Source of the DNA: Lingula anatina
Lineage: Eukaryota; Animalia; Brachiopoda
Length of the DNA stretch: 64,000 nt
Direction: 5' to 3'
Assembly (NCBI GenBank): GCA_051362555.1
Contig: CM120643.1
Span: 7,316,001-7,380,000 of the forward strand
Positions 25,293 to 36,800 of this stretch are shown here, piece after piece. How positions within the stretch are numbered: position 1 is the first letter of the stretch; the number at the start of each line of letters is the position of its first letter. Made by a program: the position numbers and the translations under genes. The notes beneath the pieces are model-generated. The model was given only the letters and a program-made list of their open reading frames with translations, was not told the DNA's origin and searched no databases.

Positions 25293-27209
25293 TAAAAGGT
25301 TAAATAGCTTATTGGCCACCATGCTGCTTGTTATACTGACCTCAGCTCATGAGTCATCTCTCGACCATCGTGTTTCAATGGTACTGCATGTGAAAAATGT
25401 GTTAATTACTGCTAGCAATCCCCATACAAATACAACCGAATCCGGCTGTCATCTAAAGCAGGCCTGTCTTTCTCTGTCAAAGCCCAGAACTTATAAACAA
25501 AACAGCCGTTTTTGACTTGCAGCGTCTACTTATTTTCATGTGAAAAATGAATTTCTATGAAGAAATCAGTATATTGCGATATGATACATTTTCATTAGCA
25601 GAAACCGTGTAAAAGTGACACACGATGCACGTTTAATGTGCAGTGATTCTTCACTTACGTGGTTTAACCCCCTTCTCTTCGTCACCCACTGTGAGCAAGA
25701 TATCATCATCAATAGAAAAGTACTCCTGTTTCATACGTATTAAACCACATCATACTGATAATGTTTGCTATATATCAACATATTTATCGCTGCTTAACCT
25801 TGCAAAATAACAATGGTCTTAGGTTTTTTATGACAGCTACCTGTAGTTTAGAACTAATGGTTTACTAATGGTTCTAGACATGGTCTATCGAGCGAAATTT
25901 TATCGCGGGATGTACTACGATCAGTTGTGGGGCAATACTTATTCATCAAATAAAAAAAATGTTCCAATTCATCTCCAGTCAACATTGGTATTAAAGTATT
26001 TTTTTTTTTTTTTTTTTTTTGTCTTTTAGCTGGATGAAATATTGAAGGTGACCGTGACGTACATTGTTGTTAGTCGGGCTTTGTTAAAACTTCCCCGGCG
26101 CATAGAGTGACACATCTTTATCCTTTTTTGTTTATTCTCCGCTCAGTGTTGATTAAATATTAGAACGTTTAACGGTCACCCGCTGTTTCTTCCAACTCCC
26201 TTATTAATTAAAGATTGGTTGCACCACTGCACACGCTGATTCAGTGCATAACCACTACATCTTGTCCATCAGTGTTATAAACTTAAGAAATATTTAAACT
26301 GCCGCAGTCTAAATCGCGATCGTCAAAGGAATCTTTATTAATACACCTTATTAATTGAAAAAATAAAAATTAAAAATACACTGACTGTGTATCATGATTT
26401 CAGTGAAATGATTTTTACTCCGGAGACACCTTAAAACGTATCCTATAAAATCCAGATTGTAAGCGCAAGTGTGATTAATAATTTCTATAGTACAAGCGAC
26501 AAGTTAAATGCTAGTCAGTTATGTGTCCGCTAATTGACTTGCATCGCTGCAACCAGAGTTGCATTATTCAAGGCCGCGGCCAAATTTTTAATAATCAAAC
26601 AGCATGGCCTTTGACCAAGTCTTATTCATTATAATCCATTGCAATTTTATGGAAATAATGATCATGCTTTAAATATAGACTTTGATATCGCTTCCAAGCA
26701 ATCTGTATTAATTTAAAATGGTTTTTGAGACGACTGTGAATTGGACTGGATATGATAGATCAAATACAACTTTTAGGGATAAATCAGCAAAAAGAAATGA
26801 TGAATAGCAAAATATGATAAGCCCTCGGGGGAAGCCTCCTCAGGAGAGATGTTCTTATGATCGGGATGATCAAGCCTTTCGACAGTATATACATGTAGCG
26901 CACCTAAGATGATAAAATGAAATTTTCAAAGGAATTAACAATATAAATCTTTCAGTTCCATTGAAATCTCATGTTCTTAAATGTCAGTCACAATCCAATA
27001 ACGACCGTCACATAATACCAAGGCAGGACCCCTGCGGAAAAACGTTGTTCAGTCGCGAAGAAAGATGAACGAGATTACGCCTGTTGAAAGGCCGTGTAAA
27101 AGAGAAAGGGGTACTCCTGCGCGGAAAAACGTCATTCCGTCGCCCGTTGTAAAGGCCAGCTTGCACTGTTCCGACGTCATTCCGCGGAGGCTGAAAAATC
27201 GGAAAGATT

Positions 27210-27590
27210 TGTTTTTGTGCTGTGTTGTTTGTTCTCTGTTGTCGCGACTCTGTGGTTGTGTGCGACGTTGTATATGTGCGCACGCTTGTTTTTACGTCGC
27301 TTATTCTTCTTTGTTACGCTAAAATGATACATACGTTACCGATACATACGTTACATGAAGCGTGTAAATATTTATTTTATTTTCATTGGTTTTGTTTCGC
27401 TTTGTGGGCCAACACTTATGTCTTTTATTTGTGTTTCATTAATATAGTGTTGGCGCACAAAAGGGGAGACAACCAATGAAAATAGAATAAAAAATATTTA
27501 CACGCTTTATGGTAACGTATGTATCATTTTAACATAACAAAGGAGAATGAGCGACGTAATAACATGCGTGCGCACATATACAACGTCGCT
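27210..27590. repeat. Second foldback copy of the 343-bp family
   Basis: Near-identical to 18965-19330, including the same hairpin centre (GCCAACACTTATG...TAGTGTTGGCGCAC). Confidence 0.85.
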
Positions 27591-27869
27591 GACTTGATAT
27601 TCGTAAGTTTCTGCAGGGAGAAATGGGAGACATGGCCTAGTTTTTTACCTCTCAAAAAGTTTGCAATATACTTTGTCTTTCAGTGGTCCCCGATTCTTTA
27701 ATATTACCAATGTTATCACTTTGAACCGCATAAAACACTTTTGGAAGTAAAAGAATCATATTAGAAACTATTACTACACTTTCTTTTTATCATTTTATTT
27801 TTATTCATCTTAGTATTGCCACTGACATATCTACTAGTGCCTTAATTTAGGACTCATTCCCAATGACAC

Positions 27870-28055
27870 TATTGATCTATGTAAATCGATCCAACTCCAC
27901 AGGGACTCTTGCTGAATGCAATTGGATTGGCTCGCCTCCTTTTGTTTATAACATGCTTGTTTTCCATTTTCTACTCAAAGCTAGGGGGTGGTATGCTAAT
28001 CTCTTTATCTGATTACATTCAGCAAGAGTCCCCCTGAATTGATCTACCTAGACAG
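27870..28055. mobile_element. Degenerate palindromic MITE
   Basis: Inverted arms GGGACTCTTGCTGAATG / CATTCAGCAAGAGTCCC; similar layout to 50965-51147. Confidence 0.5.
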
Positions 28056-29382
28056 ATAAAGCACTGAATGCACTCTTATTTTTATTGGGACTGAGTTCTT
28101 AGACCTAAATATTCTTACACAGTCATATAAATAAAACAACAACAATAAATAATAATTTTTAATATTTATTTATAATTAAAAGTTGGTTGGTACATTTATA
28201 ATGTTGAAATGATAATTCTCAGAAAAACAAAGGTCAAATAAATGTTCAAGAAGTGCATTAAAATTGAAAGTTATGAATACAGTTGATGAAATCATATAAT
28301 TACCTAACATAATATGTAAGCATGAAAAATAATGACATAAACTGCATTGTAGACTTTCAATTTAATTTTCAGACTTACAAAACTGTATTTGTACAACATC
28401 TGCACAGTACTTTTTAATTACATTTGTGCATTAAAAAGTAAAGGTATATAAGTCTGAAATTTTCTTAGTATTTAATTTCTCTTTCTCCCTTCTCTTTATT
28501 TATGCCTCTCTACAACTTCAACCAGTTTCTCTTTAAATAAAATTCTGCACTAATGAGCTTAATTAAATAAATAAACATTCTTTGATTACAAACAGCTCCA
28601 AAATTACCAGGTGGGAATTTACTAGGTACCAGTACTTATAACAGACATTAACAATGTGATGATTCAGTCACCATTCTGACTTGCTTAATCCAGTATTGGT
28701 TTATTAGCACTACATGTACTTTAGGCAAGCTAACTCAATAAATAACTTTGGATATTTAAGATAAGAAAAAAATTGTCTTTTCATTCAATTCTATTTTTAA
28801 AAATCTACATAAAATTACAAAGTAAGCAACAAAAGTAATAATAAGTGCTTATCTTTTATTAAGACTACTATGACATCACAACAGTACTGTACATATTAGT
28901 ATAAAAGCTTCAATATATTTATTGCCAAAATTTGCTAAATTCTTTATTTTAAAGAAATATTAATGAAATGATTTCCTCCATATTACTTACACAAAATTGC
29001 TGCAGGCATCTTTTATACTACTGGCAAACCATAAGATGAGCACTAACATAAGACTAGACAGCAAAGCTGGCAAAATATACAGACACAAAACACAAAACAA
29101 GGTGCAACAATAGAGTTAAATATATTTTTTTCTGTGACAGCACCGAATATGGGCCAAGGCCTATGGGTTTGCAAATTCACCAGTTTTACCATTAGTTATA
29201 TAATAGCTTGTTTCAATACTTATAAAACTGTGCACATGTATTGGTAAAAATAGTCAAATCCTGTTAGTTTTTAACTCAAACAGCTTTTTTTTACTAAACA
29301 AAACCTCTCTGCATATTTGATGTAAAACAAAAACATGGTTTGGTATCTATGGTAAGACAGTCACCAAAATACTTGCAAAAAA

Positions 29383-29423
<41 letters not shown>

Positions 29424-30457
29424 GATATTTTAAAATTTTTTTACTCAGTCAAAGTGGGGGGAGGGGGGGGCATGCACCATGTTCAGAATGAATACCAGTG
29501 GATGTCTGGGGATGGCTACAGGAACATGGACCCTATCTCCTGATGTCAGGGAGGGAAAAATGGTTGGAGCCTGGTACACAAATCTTGACTGCATTGAGAC
29601 AAATCATCTCCAACAAAAGATTTCAGGACATTATGTCAGGAACCTTGGTTACAGGCACTGCAAAACTTCTAGAACACAGTCGACATCAGAAGGATTGGGA
29701 TGAGAAGATCTCCTTATTCCTCATGTCCTACCGCAGCTCACAACACGACAGCACTGGCTAAACCCCAAATCTAATGGTATTAGTTAGAAAAATTGATTTA
29801 CCGGCCTATATTGTTTCTGGATGGCCATGTTACATGAAGTAGATAATTTTAATTTGGTGATGATTTTCCACTTTTCAGTATTTACAACTAATGGGTGTGA
29901 ATGAAAATTTTATACCATGTGAGACTCATGAATGATTGAAAAACTTGAGTAAAAGCCTAAATAGATCCTTTGAAATGGCTCGAGAAAAACTGAAAAGTGT
30001 GCAGAAATGTCAAAAAACAGTTGTATGATGCAAAGTTGAGAGAGAGTGAATATACTTGTGGTCAGAAGGTATATTTGAGGGATGAAAGTCATAAAAATTG
30101 AGAAAGTAAGAAACTTAGACCCTTATATAGAGGACCATATGATATGTTATCAAAGCATCCCCACCTCTCTATACAATTAAAGATAAAAAAGGGAAAATCC
30201 AGGTGGTACATCATGATAGATTGAGAAAATTTGTTGAAAGAGAGAGTGATTTTCAGTTGAATGAACCACAATTGGTGGAACCAATTGTAAAAAGATCAAG
30301 ATTTGGTAGACAATTATTATTAGACATGATTATATTGATATATGTTTTGTTTATTAGTTAAGATATAATTGTATATAGATACTTCCTTAATTTTTGGCAG
30401 TGCTGAAATAAAAGGAACTTAATTTATTTATTTGTATTTTTTATTTTTTTTTAGACC

Positions 30458-30751
30458 ATGGATGAATCAAACATATACAATATTCTCGCAGAGAAAGAGT
30501 ATAATTGGTGCAGAAATTGGATCGAACAACCAAACACTCTGCTCAACATATCAATTAACAATATAATACCACAAAATTTACCACAGTCCAGAATGTCAAT
30601 GTACATGGGAACTCTACTTAATGAAAGAGTGCTATTAGAGAAAGGAATGGATTGGATGATTGAAAATATCTATTCATATCAAAACAATATAACGAAAGAA
30701 GAATGTGTAGATATCATACTTTACTTGAGAGATAAATTGTATGGCTATTAA
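30458..30751 (+). CDS. Gypsy-associated accessory ORF A, 97 aa, unknown function
   Basis: Open 97-codon frame in very AT-rich DNA, directly preceded by a polypyrimidine acceptor and Kozak context (TTTTTTTTAG|ACCATGG). It lies between the integrase and the PPT. Confidence 0.45.
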   Translation: MDESNIYNILAEKEYNWCRNWIEQPNTLLNISINNIIPQNLPQSRMSMYMGTLLNERVLLEKGMDWMIENIYSYQNNITKEECVDIILYLRDKLYGY

Positions 30752-31338
30752 AAAAAAAAAAAAATCCATAATAAAGATATATTTAATAAAGTATATTATA
30801 GTTTGTACTTCCTATTATATTTCAGGTAATTTGATCAAAACAACAGTCCAAGTTGGTATAGGTTTTTTAAATATTTGTTTGAATTTTATTGTTGAGCATA
30901 ATACATTGAGCACTGCATGAATAGGTTGATAGCTACTTTTGTCTTTTTTGGATTATGGTTATTAAAAAAAAAAAAAAAAAATTAAATATTACCTAACACG
31001 GTTACACTGTTCAAACTAATATGTTGCAGTTTAGCATGTGTTTTGCATGTAATCGGATTAGAGGTTGTCAAGGTAATAATTCTTTTCTTTTTACACATTT
31101 TAATGATGGTATTTTATTTGGGGATTTGGTATAAAAGTAATATTTATACATAGTAAAGGCGGCGATGCTGTAATACTATGTTAGTAATTAATGAAATACT
31201 ATGTTTATGATGTAATACTGTGTTAATAATGTAAAATTATGTTTATAATGTAATATGTTAATATTCATTTGAAAGAAAAGATCATTATCATGTATGTTCA
31301 TTCAAGAAAATAAACCATTGTATAAGTTTATTTCAGAT

Positions 31339-32007
31339 ATGGATGATCTAGACATGCTAGATGAAGCCTGTTTTGTCCCGGATTATGATGACACTGATTT
31401 GGTGGAAGATCCTACTGTCCTAATTGGTGAAGAGGGGAAGGAAGTTATCCACTCAAATTGCAGAAGGAAGAAACAGAGGAAAGAAGTTCAGTGTGGTTTG
31501 TGTCTGGTGTCCAGTGCTGACCTGAGTAGACATCTTGGACGTCATGTGAAATCTGTTCATTTGCCATGGTATATGACTCCAGGATTGGTGTGCTGGTATT
31601 GCAGATCGATGGAAAAGGACAATTCGCTTTTGCGTAAACGTCATGGTGATGTTCATTCGTGTGGAACTGGTGAATTCGAGGAAAAACTGTGGATCCAATT
31701 GGTGAATGGATTTATACATTTCCTGATATTAACATTAAATATGAGAAATATATGGGAACTGATGGACTATGTGAAAAGTGAAGGACTAGTAATGTTGCCA
31801 GATAACTGTTCCAAGGAGGACATTGACTTTGTAAAAATATACATTTATGGAAATGGTATGGAGCCTAAGACTGAGATTCTGAATTCTTTGTTGACTTTGT
31901 TTCACTGGAAAACTTTGTATCATCTGTTACAAAAACTTTCATCAGAGGATCGTGAACTCAGTAGTCATTGGTATCGGCGGATGGAATTTACTTTGCTATA
32001 TGGATAA
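31339..32007 (+). CDS. Gypsy-associated accessory ORF B, Cys/His zinc-finger-like (CxxC...HxxxH, HLPWY, CWxC), about 222 aa
   Basis: Acceptor TTTATTTCAG|ATATGG precedes MDDLD. Motifs QCGLC...RHVKSVHLPWYMTPGLVCWYC and LFHWKTL. A degenerate DxHFHID-like sequence follows the stop at about 32024-32044, possibly a TatD remnant (inference). Confidence 0.6.
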   Translation: MDDLDMLDEACFVPDYDDTDLVEDPTVLIGEEGKEVIHSNCRRKKQRKEVQCGLCLVSSADLSRHLGRHVKSVHLPWYMTPGLVCWYCRSMEKDNSLLRKRHGDVHSCGTGEFEEKLWIQLVNGFIHFLILTLNMRNIWELMDYVKSEGLVMLPDNCSKEDIDFVKIYIYGNGMEPKTEILNSLLTLFHWKTLYHLLQKLSSEDRELSSHWYRRMEFTLLYG

Positions 32008-32386
32008 AAAATGAACTATATAATGATTTGACATTTCACATTGACATTGTTATCATTACTAATGTTGTTTTGAGCAACTTTGAGTTAAAATCACTTTATT
32101 TGCTTTTAAAGTTGATTTAAAGTGATAATGGATTTAAAACTTTGTTTTGCATTCCTAAGGATGAACATTTATGCTGAGAGATGGACTTGATTGACTTTAC
32201 TTGTGTTAAAGTTAAATGTTGAATCTTGGCATAACAAGAATGAACTTAATTGCATTACTTGCTCATTTTAAAGGTAAAGTACGATTACATTTGTTAAATT
32301 ATAGTAATTGTTAGTTTAACAATTTAAAGTAATGGTTTATATTGTAATAATAGGGGGGGAGTTTTGTTCGACAAAAGGGGGGAGAG

Positions 32387-32737
32387 TGTGACGATGTAGT
32401 GTGTTAGATGAGATTATTTTATATTGCTACCGGTAGATGTCTCTATAAGTAAAGTGTTGTCCGGTGTGCAAGTTTGAATCTCTCCGGTGATTGGTAACTT
32501 AAAGGTAAAACTGTTCACTGTATAGTTGGTTCTGATTGGTAAACGTGTACTATCTGAACTTGTATATAAGGTCCGACTTGAAATAAATCGGTCTCTTTGT
32601 TGGGACTTTTGGCTCTAGCCTCTGTGTTCTTGGCTCTTTTGGTCCTCTTTGGCTCTTTACGGCTCTTAACTCTGAGATACCAGTAAGTACATTGTTATTT
32701 GTACCTTCATAAGGCACTCGGCCGTGAAGGCGTAACA
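32387..32737 (+). repeat. 3' LTR (351 bp) of the truncated Gypsy
   Basis: TG...CA with a 6/7 inverted terminal match; preceded by the PPT; contains the consensus donor CA|GTAAGT near 32682-32688. Confidence 0.8.
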
Positions 32738-33411
32738 GCATGACTGACGTTGGAAGGCAGCTTGATATCAATATGGAGAATATATAAGTACCTATGTTGA
32801 TAACATCATATTATTGCTATCGTCCATTATTTGGTACAATCATTTTTACAAGGCTTTTACTGGTTTCCTTCAAAGGGACAACAGTATTTAAATGAACAGT
32901 ATAGGCCAATTCCGTTCATTATTGGAAAGTCTCCGAGGTTGGTAAGACAAAATTGAATGATGAGCACAAGAAAATGATAAGAATAGGAGCCATTGGAAAA
33001 CAAAAAAGCGTTCAAAAAAGCTGTTCACCAAGAGACTAAGTCCACGTCGTAGAAGTGAAATAGATGGAAATGTGATGATTATTTTTGTAGCTGATTTGAA
33101 GTAGCAATCTGTCCCCCAACAAAATGATTTAGTTCATGTAGAAGTGAATAGACAGAAACACGCTGATCATTTTTTTAAAAATGTTTTTGCAGCAGATTTG
33201 CAGTAGTAACCAATTCCCCAACAAAATGCCTAAGTTCACGTAGTAGTAAAGTGATATTAATTGTTTAAGTTATTCATGTTTCTCCTGGATTACTGCCTAT
33301 CATTACAGCACAGATGTTATGTACCACCTTGCATGATATTAGGTAGTTCTGCATAAAAAAAAGAATACAGAATATTTATATAGGCCAAATTGTATTATGG
33401 TGATGACATAG
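32738..33411 (+). repeat. Local duplication copy A
   Basis: Aligns to 40738-41321 joined to 46968-47052 (copy B, split by the 41322-46965 insertion). Confidence 0.9.
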
Positions 33412-33819
33412 CAGTGATTGCGAAAGCCGTCGGACCACGGCCATATGCCGGCAAAAATTCTGTGGGCTGGTACATCCTTAAAACTCATCGGCCCACATGT
33501 CCGACGGACTAAAGTCTAATTTCTTAACAGGGAAAACTCGCCTCTTCAACTCGCCTCATCTGAATTTATCGTTAAGCTCTGTGCACGCACTAGATATTTT
33601 GTATCAAATACATGCCAGCCTGTCCATAAGATTTAGTGGGTGTGGTTTTTATCTGATTGGGTAGTACAACAGTAATTGACGTTTCTTTATCGATCACGCG
33701 GCAAACGAAAGTTACTCTCTCTCCAGGCAGAAGATCCTCGCTGTTGTTAATAAAGCGAATGCTGCTTGGAGAGTATGAAACCATGTGGTCATGTGACCGC
33801 AAGTACCTTCGCCGGCGCC

Positions 33820-36800
33820 ATGTCCACGTCGAAGATCACCTCGTGGCTCGGTATTGTAGAGAAAAATAGTGAAAAAAAAAGCCCAAATACCACTAACATT
33901 AGCAGAAAATCTTTTTTTCAAGAGTATGATAAAACACGGAAACGGAGTTTTAACCCAAAATGGAAATTACTGCATCCTTGGGTGTATTATGATGACGACG
34001 AGGACGCCATGATATGCACTAAATGTGCAAAGTTTTATGGCGCGGGAACATTGCAAAACTCATTTATATCTGGGTGCAAAAACTTTAAAACGAGTGCCCT
34101 CAAGGACCACGAAGTCAGCAAGTCACATATTTCAGCGCTTGCTACACTGTCAAACAGAGAGCCTGCGAGTTCCGCGGCAGTCGCAGGAAGTACGGCAGGC
34201 AAGGCTCTCCTAGCCCTGAAGTCGGCAGAACGAAGTCGTTTAGAAAGCATGGTAAGGGAGACAAATAATGTTTGTAGAGATTAATACTGTCTTGTGAAGT
34301 AGTTTAGTGGTTAAGTCATTGAAAGTTCTCAATTTATTTCATAGAACTTTACATTTAAACTTGACGTTTCACTTTTTTATTTTTTCATTTTTTTCCTTAT
34401 TTACTGCTTCAAGGTCCGGAACGCCCATTATATTGCTAAAATGAATCGTCCGCTGACGGATTTTACTTCACTTGTCGTCTTGGATAGAGCCAAAGGCCTG
34501 GACACTGCAAACACATACAAGAACAACAGGGCCGCTCTCGGGTTCATCGAGGCCATTGCTGCTCAGGAGAAAAGCAGAATTGTCCAGAGTGTGAAAGAGG
34601 CTCCTTTTTTCAGTTTCATTATGGATGGCAGTAGTGATTTGACAGGTAAATCCATGTCTGAATATCCTGGATACCTTATTATTAGATGTTTTGCATGAAT
34701 TTTTTATTTCTGTGAAATAGTATATATTATAAACTTCGTCTTTATAAGTTCACTCAAATGTAACTGGAGTTTTAATTTTTCATTCAGGAGATGAACAAGA
34801 GACAATATATATAAGGTTTACCAAAAATGGAGTTCCCAGTATGAAGTTTCTGTCCATAGATTCACCAAAGAGCACATGCGCTGCAGATCTGTATGACCAT
34901 GTAAATCATGTTTTCATAAATAGTCAGATTGACAGTGAAATATTCAAAGGTAAATATTAAAATTAATTTAATATGTATATGATAGTAACGCTGAGAATCC
35001 AAATAAAGTGAACAAAAATACTCTGAGTGAAATGAATACCTAGTTCGAATTCATGTTTTCAACATTTGTAAATAATTTTTAATATCCAGGTGCTGCGGTA
35101 TTATTTTTTTGTCTAGGTGTCACATACATGTATACGCTCAAGATTCTGCAGTGTACAGATTCTTGGATGATATAAATTTTATTAATTTGTTATTAATCTT
35201 TATCTAGGTAAAATGGTAGGAATGGGATGTGACGGGGCCAGTAACATGTTAGGCAGTAAGTCTGGTTTGGCATCTCGTCTTCAGAGTGATAACCCAGAGC
35301 TTGTGACAGTGCACTGCCTGTGCCACAGGTTGGAGTTGGCCATGAAGGATGTGACAAAAGTTCATTGTAAAAAGCTCTACGATAGAGTGATGACAGTGAT
35401 GATAGGACTTCATTACTTCTACAAGAAATCCCACAAGAACAAGAAGGGCCTGCAGAGAGCATGGGATACTTTGAAGATCCAGGTATTTGTGGATATTTTA
35501 CACTATTGCATGTACCTTTTCATCATTTCCAGAAATTTCTACACTTGTAATAATAATTTTCTTCTCTCAATTTTTCTGGATTATTTTTAATTGGTCAGCA
35601 GTTTTTTTTTTAATTTATTTTTATTTTTATTTAATTTTGCATATTTACTCAAGGGAAGTTACCATTCCAGGGCACACTGCCTCCCAAAGTAACAGGGACG
35701 AGGTGGATCTGTCATGTTAGCAGGGGGGTGGATAATATTCTGCACAACTTTCCAGCTTATGAACTTCACCTGAGCAATGCCAGCCATGAGAATGCAAAGG
35801 CTGAAGGACTTGTCAAGATATTGCTGCAGAAAGAGATTGTCTTACGGTAATTCTCCAATCTATACGAACGATTAAAATTAATTATTTTTGGAAGATAATC
35901 ATTTTGTTCGTAAGGCTTGAAATTCAGTCTGCTAAAAATTGCCACGCGTTCGTATCCATTGAAATACGAATGGAATACGGCTGTACCGGAAATTATCTCC
36001 ACTTACCTACATTGCTAAGTGTAAGCATTACTTTCAGATTAAATCACTGTGATCAGCTTTTAGCACAAACAAATTATTCTTGCGATATTGCAATGAATTA
36101 AAACAAACTAAACAAAAGTCGGGAATTCAAGTTAAGAAACAATTTCTTCATACTAAAGAGGTACATTTCTCCCAACACAAGACAACATCGTTTTTCCCTG
36201 TTATGTTTTACCAAGACAGGACAACATCGTTTTTCCCAACTTCTGTCAAAAACAGACAAGAATATTTGCGTATCCAGTTGCATATTTTATTTAATGCGTA
36301 TTTACTTTTAATATGATTTCACATATAGAAAATCTGCAATATTAATAGTGTCACCCCCCCCCCCCCAAATTAGGCCTACATAAATTTCTTCCGCCAACAC
36401 AAAATACTTGAAACTCCTCACAGTTGATATCACTGACGTTAATAGAGATTATACTTGATATGAAAAATAACATCAGCTCAATTCACGTCTATTTATGAAA
36501 GTCTTTTACAGCATATTAATTTGCACGCAATCAATGTAAACTTAATTAGAAAAAATACAGAAAACTGCAGGTAAATTTGTATAAAGTCATACGGCACCTT
36601 TATTTTTCACAATCACCAATATCAGTAAGGTTTACCTAATAGTTGTTCATGAGACAAGGTCTTTAACAAGGAAAAACAAACAAACAAAAAAGCATGAACT
36701 TTATCACAACTCAAATTAGAAAAATAAATACAATACAAGACAGAACTCCTCTTAAAAAATTTAATTTCCTAATGACTACCAAAAACAAAGAAAAACTCGA

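Larger units (their letters stand above)
29478..32737 (+). mobile_element. 5'-truncated Gypsy LTR retrotransposon: decayed integrase, accessory ORFs, PPT, 3' LTR
   Basis: Integrase remnants HQKDWDEKISLFLMSYRSSQHDSTG*TPN, KLRPLYRGPY and VVHHDRLRKF. PPT AAAAGGGGGGAGAG at 32373-32386. LTR TGTGACG...CGTAACA at 32387-32737 with TATATAAG and AATAAA. The LTR end coincides with the empty-site breakpoint in the paralog at 40738. Confidence 0.8.
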
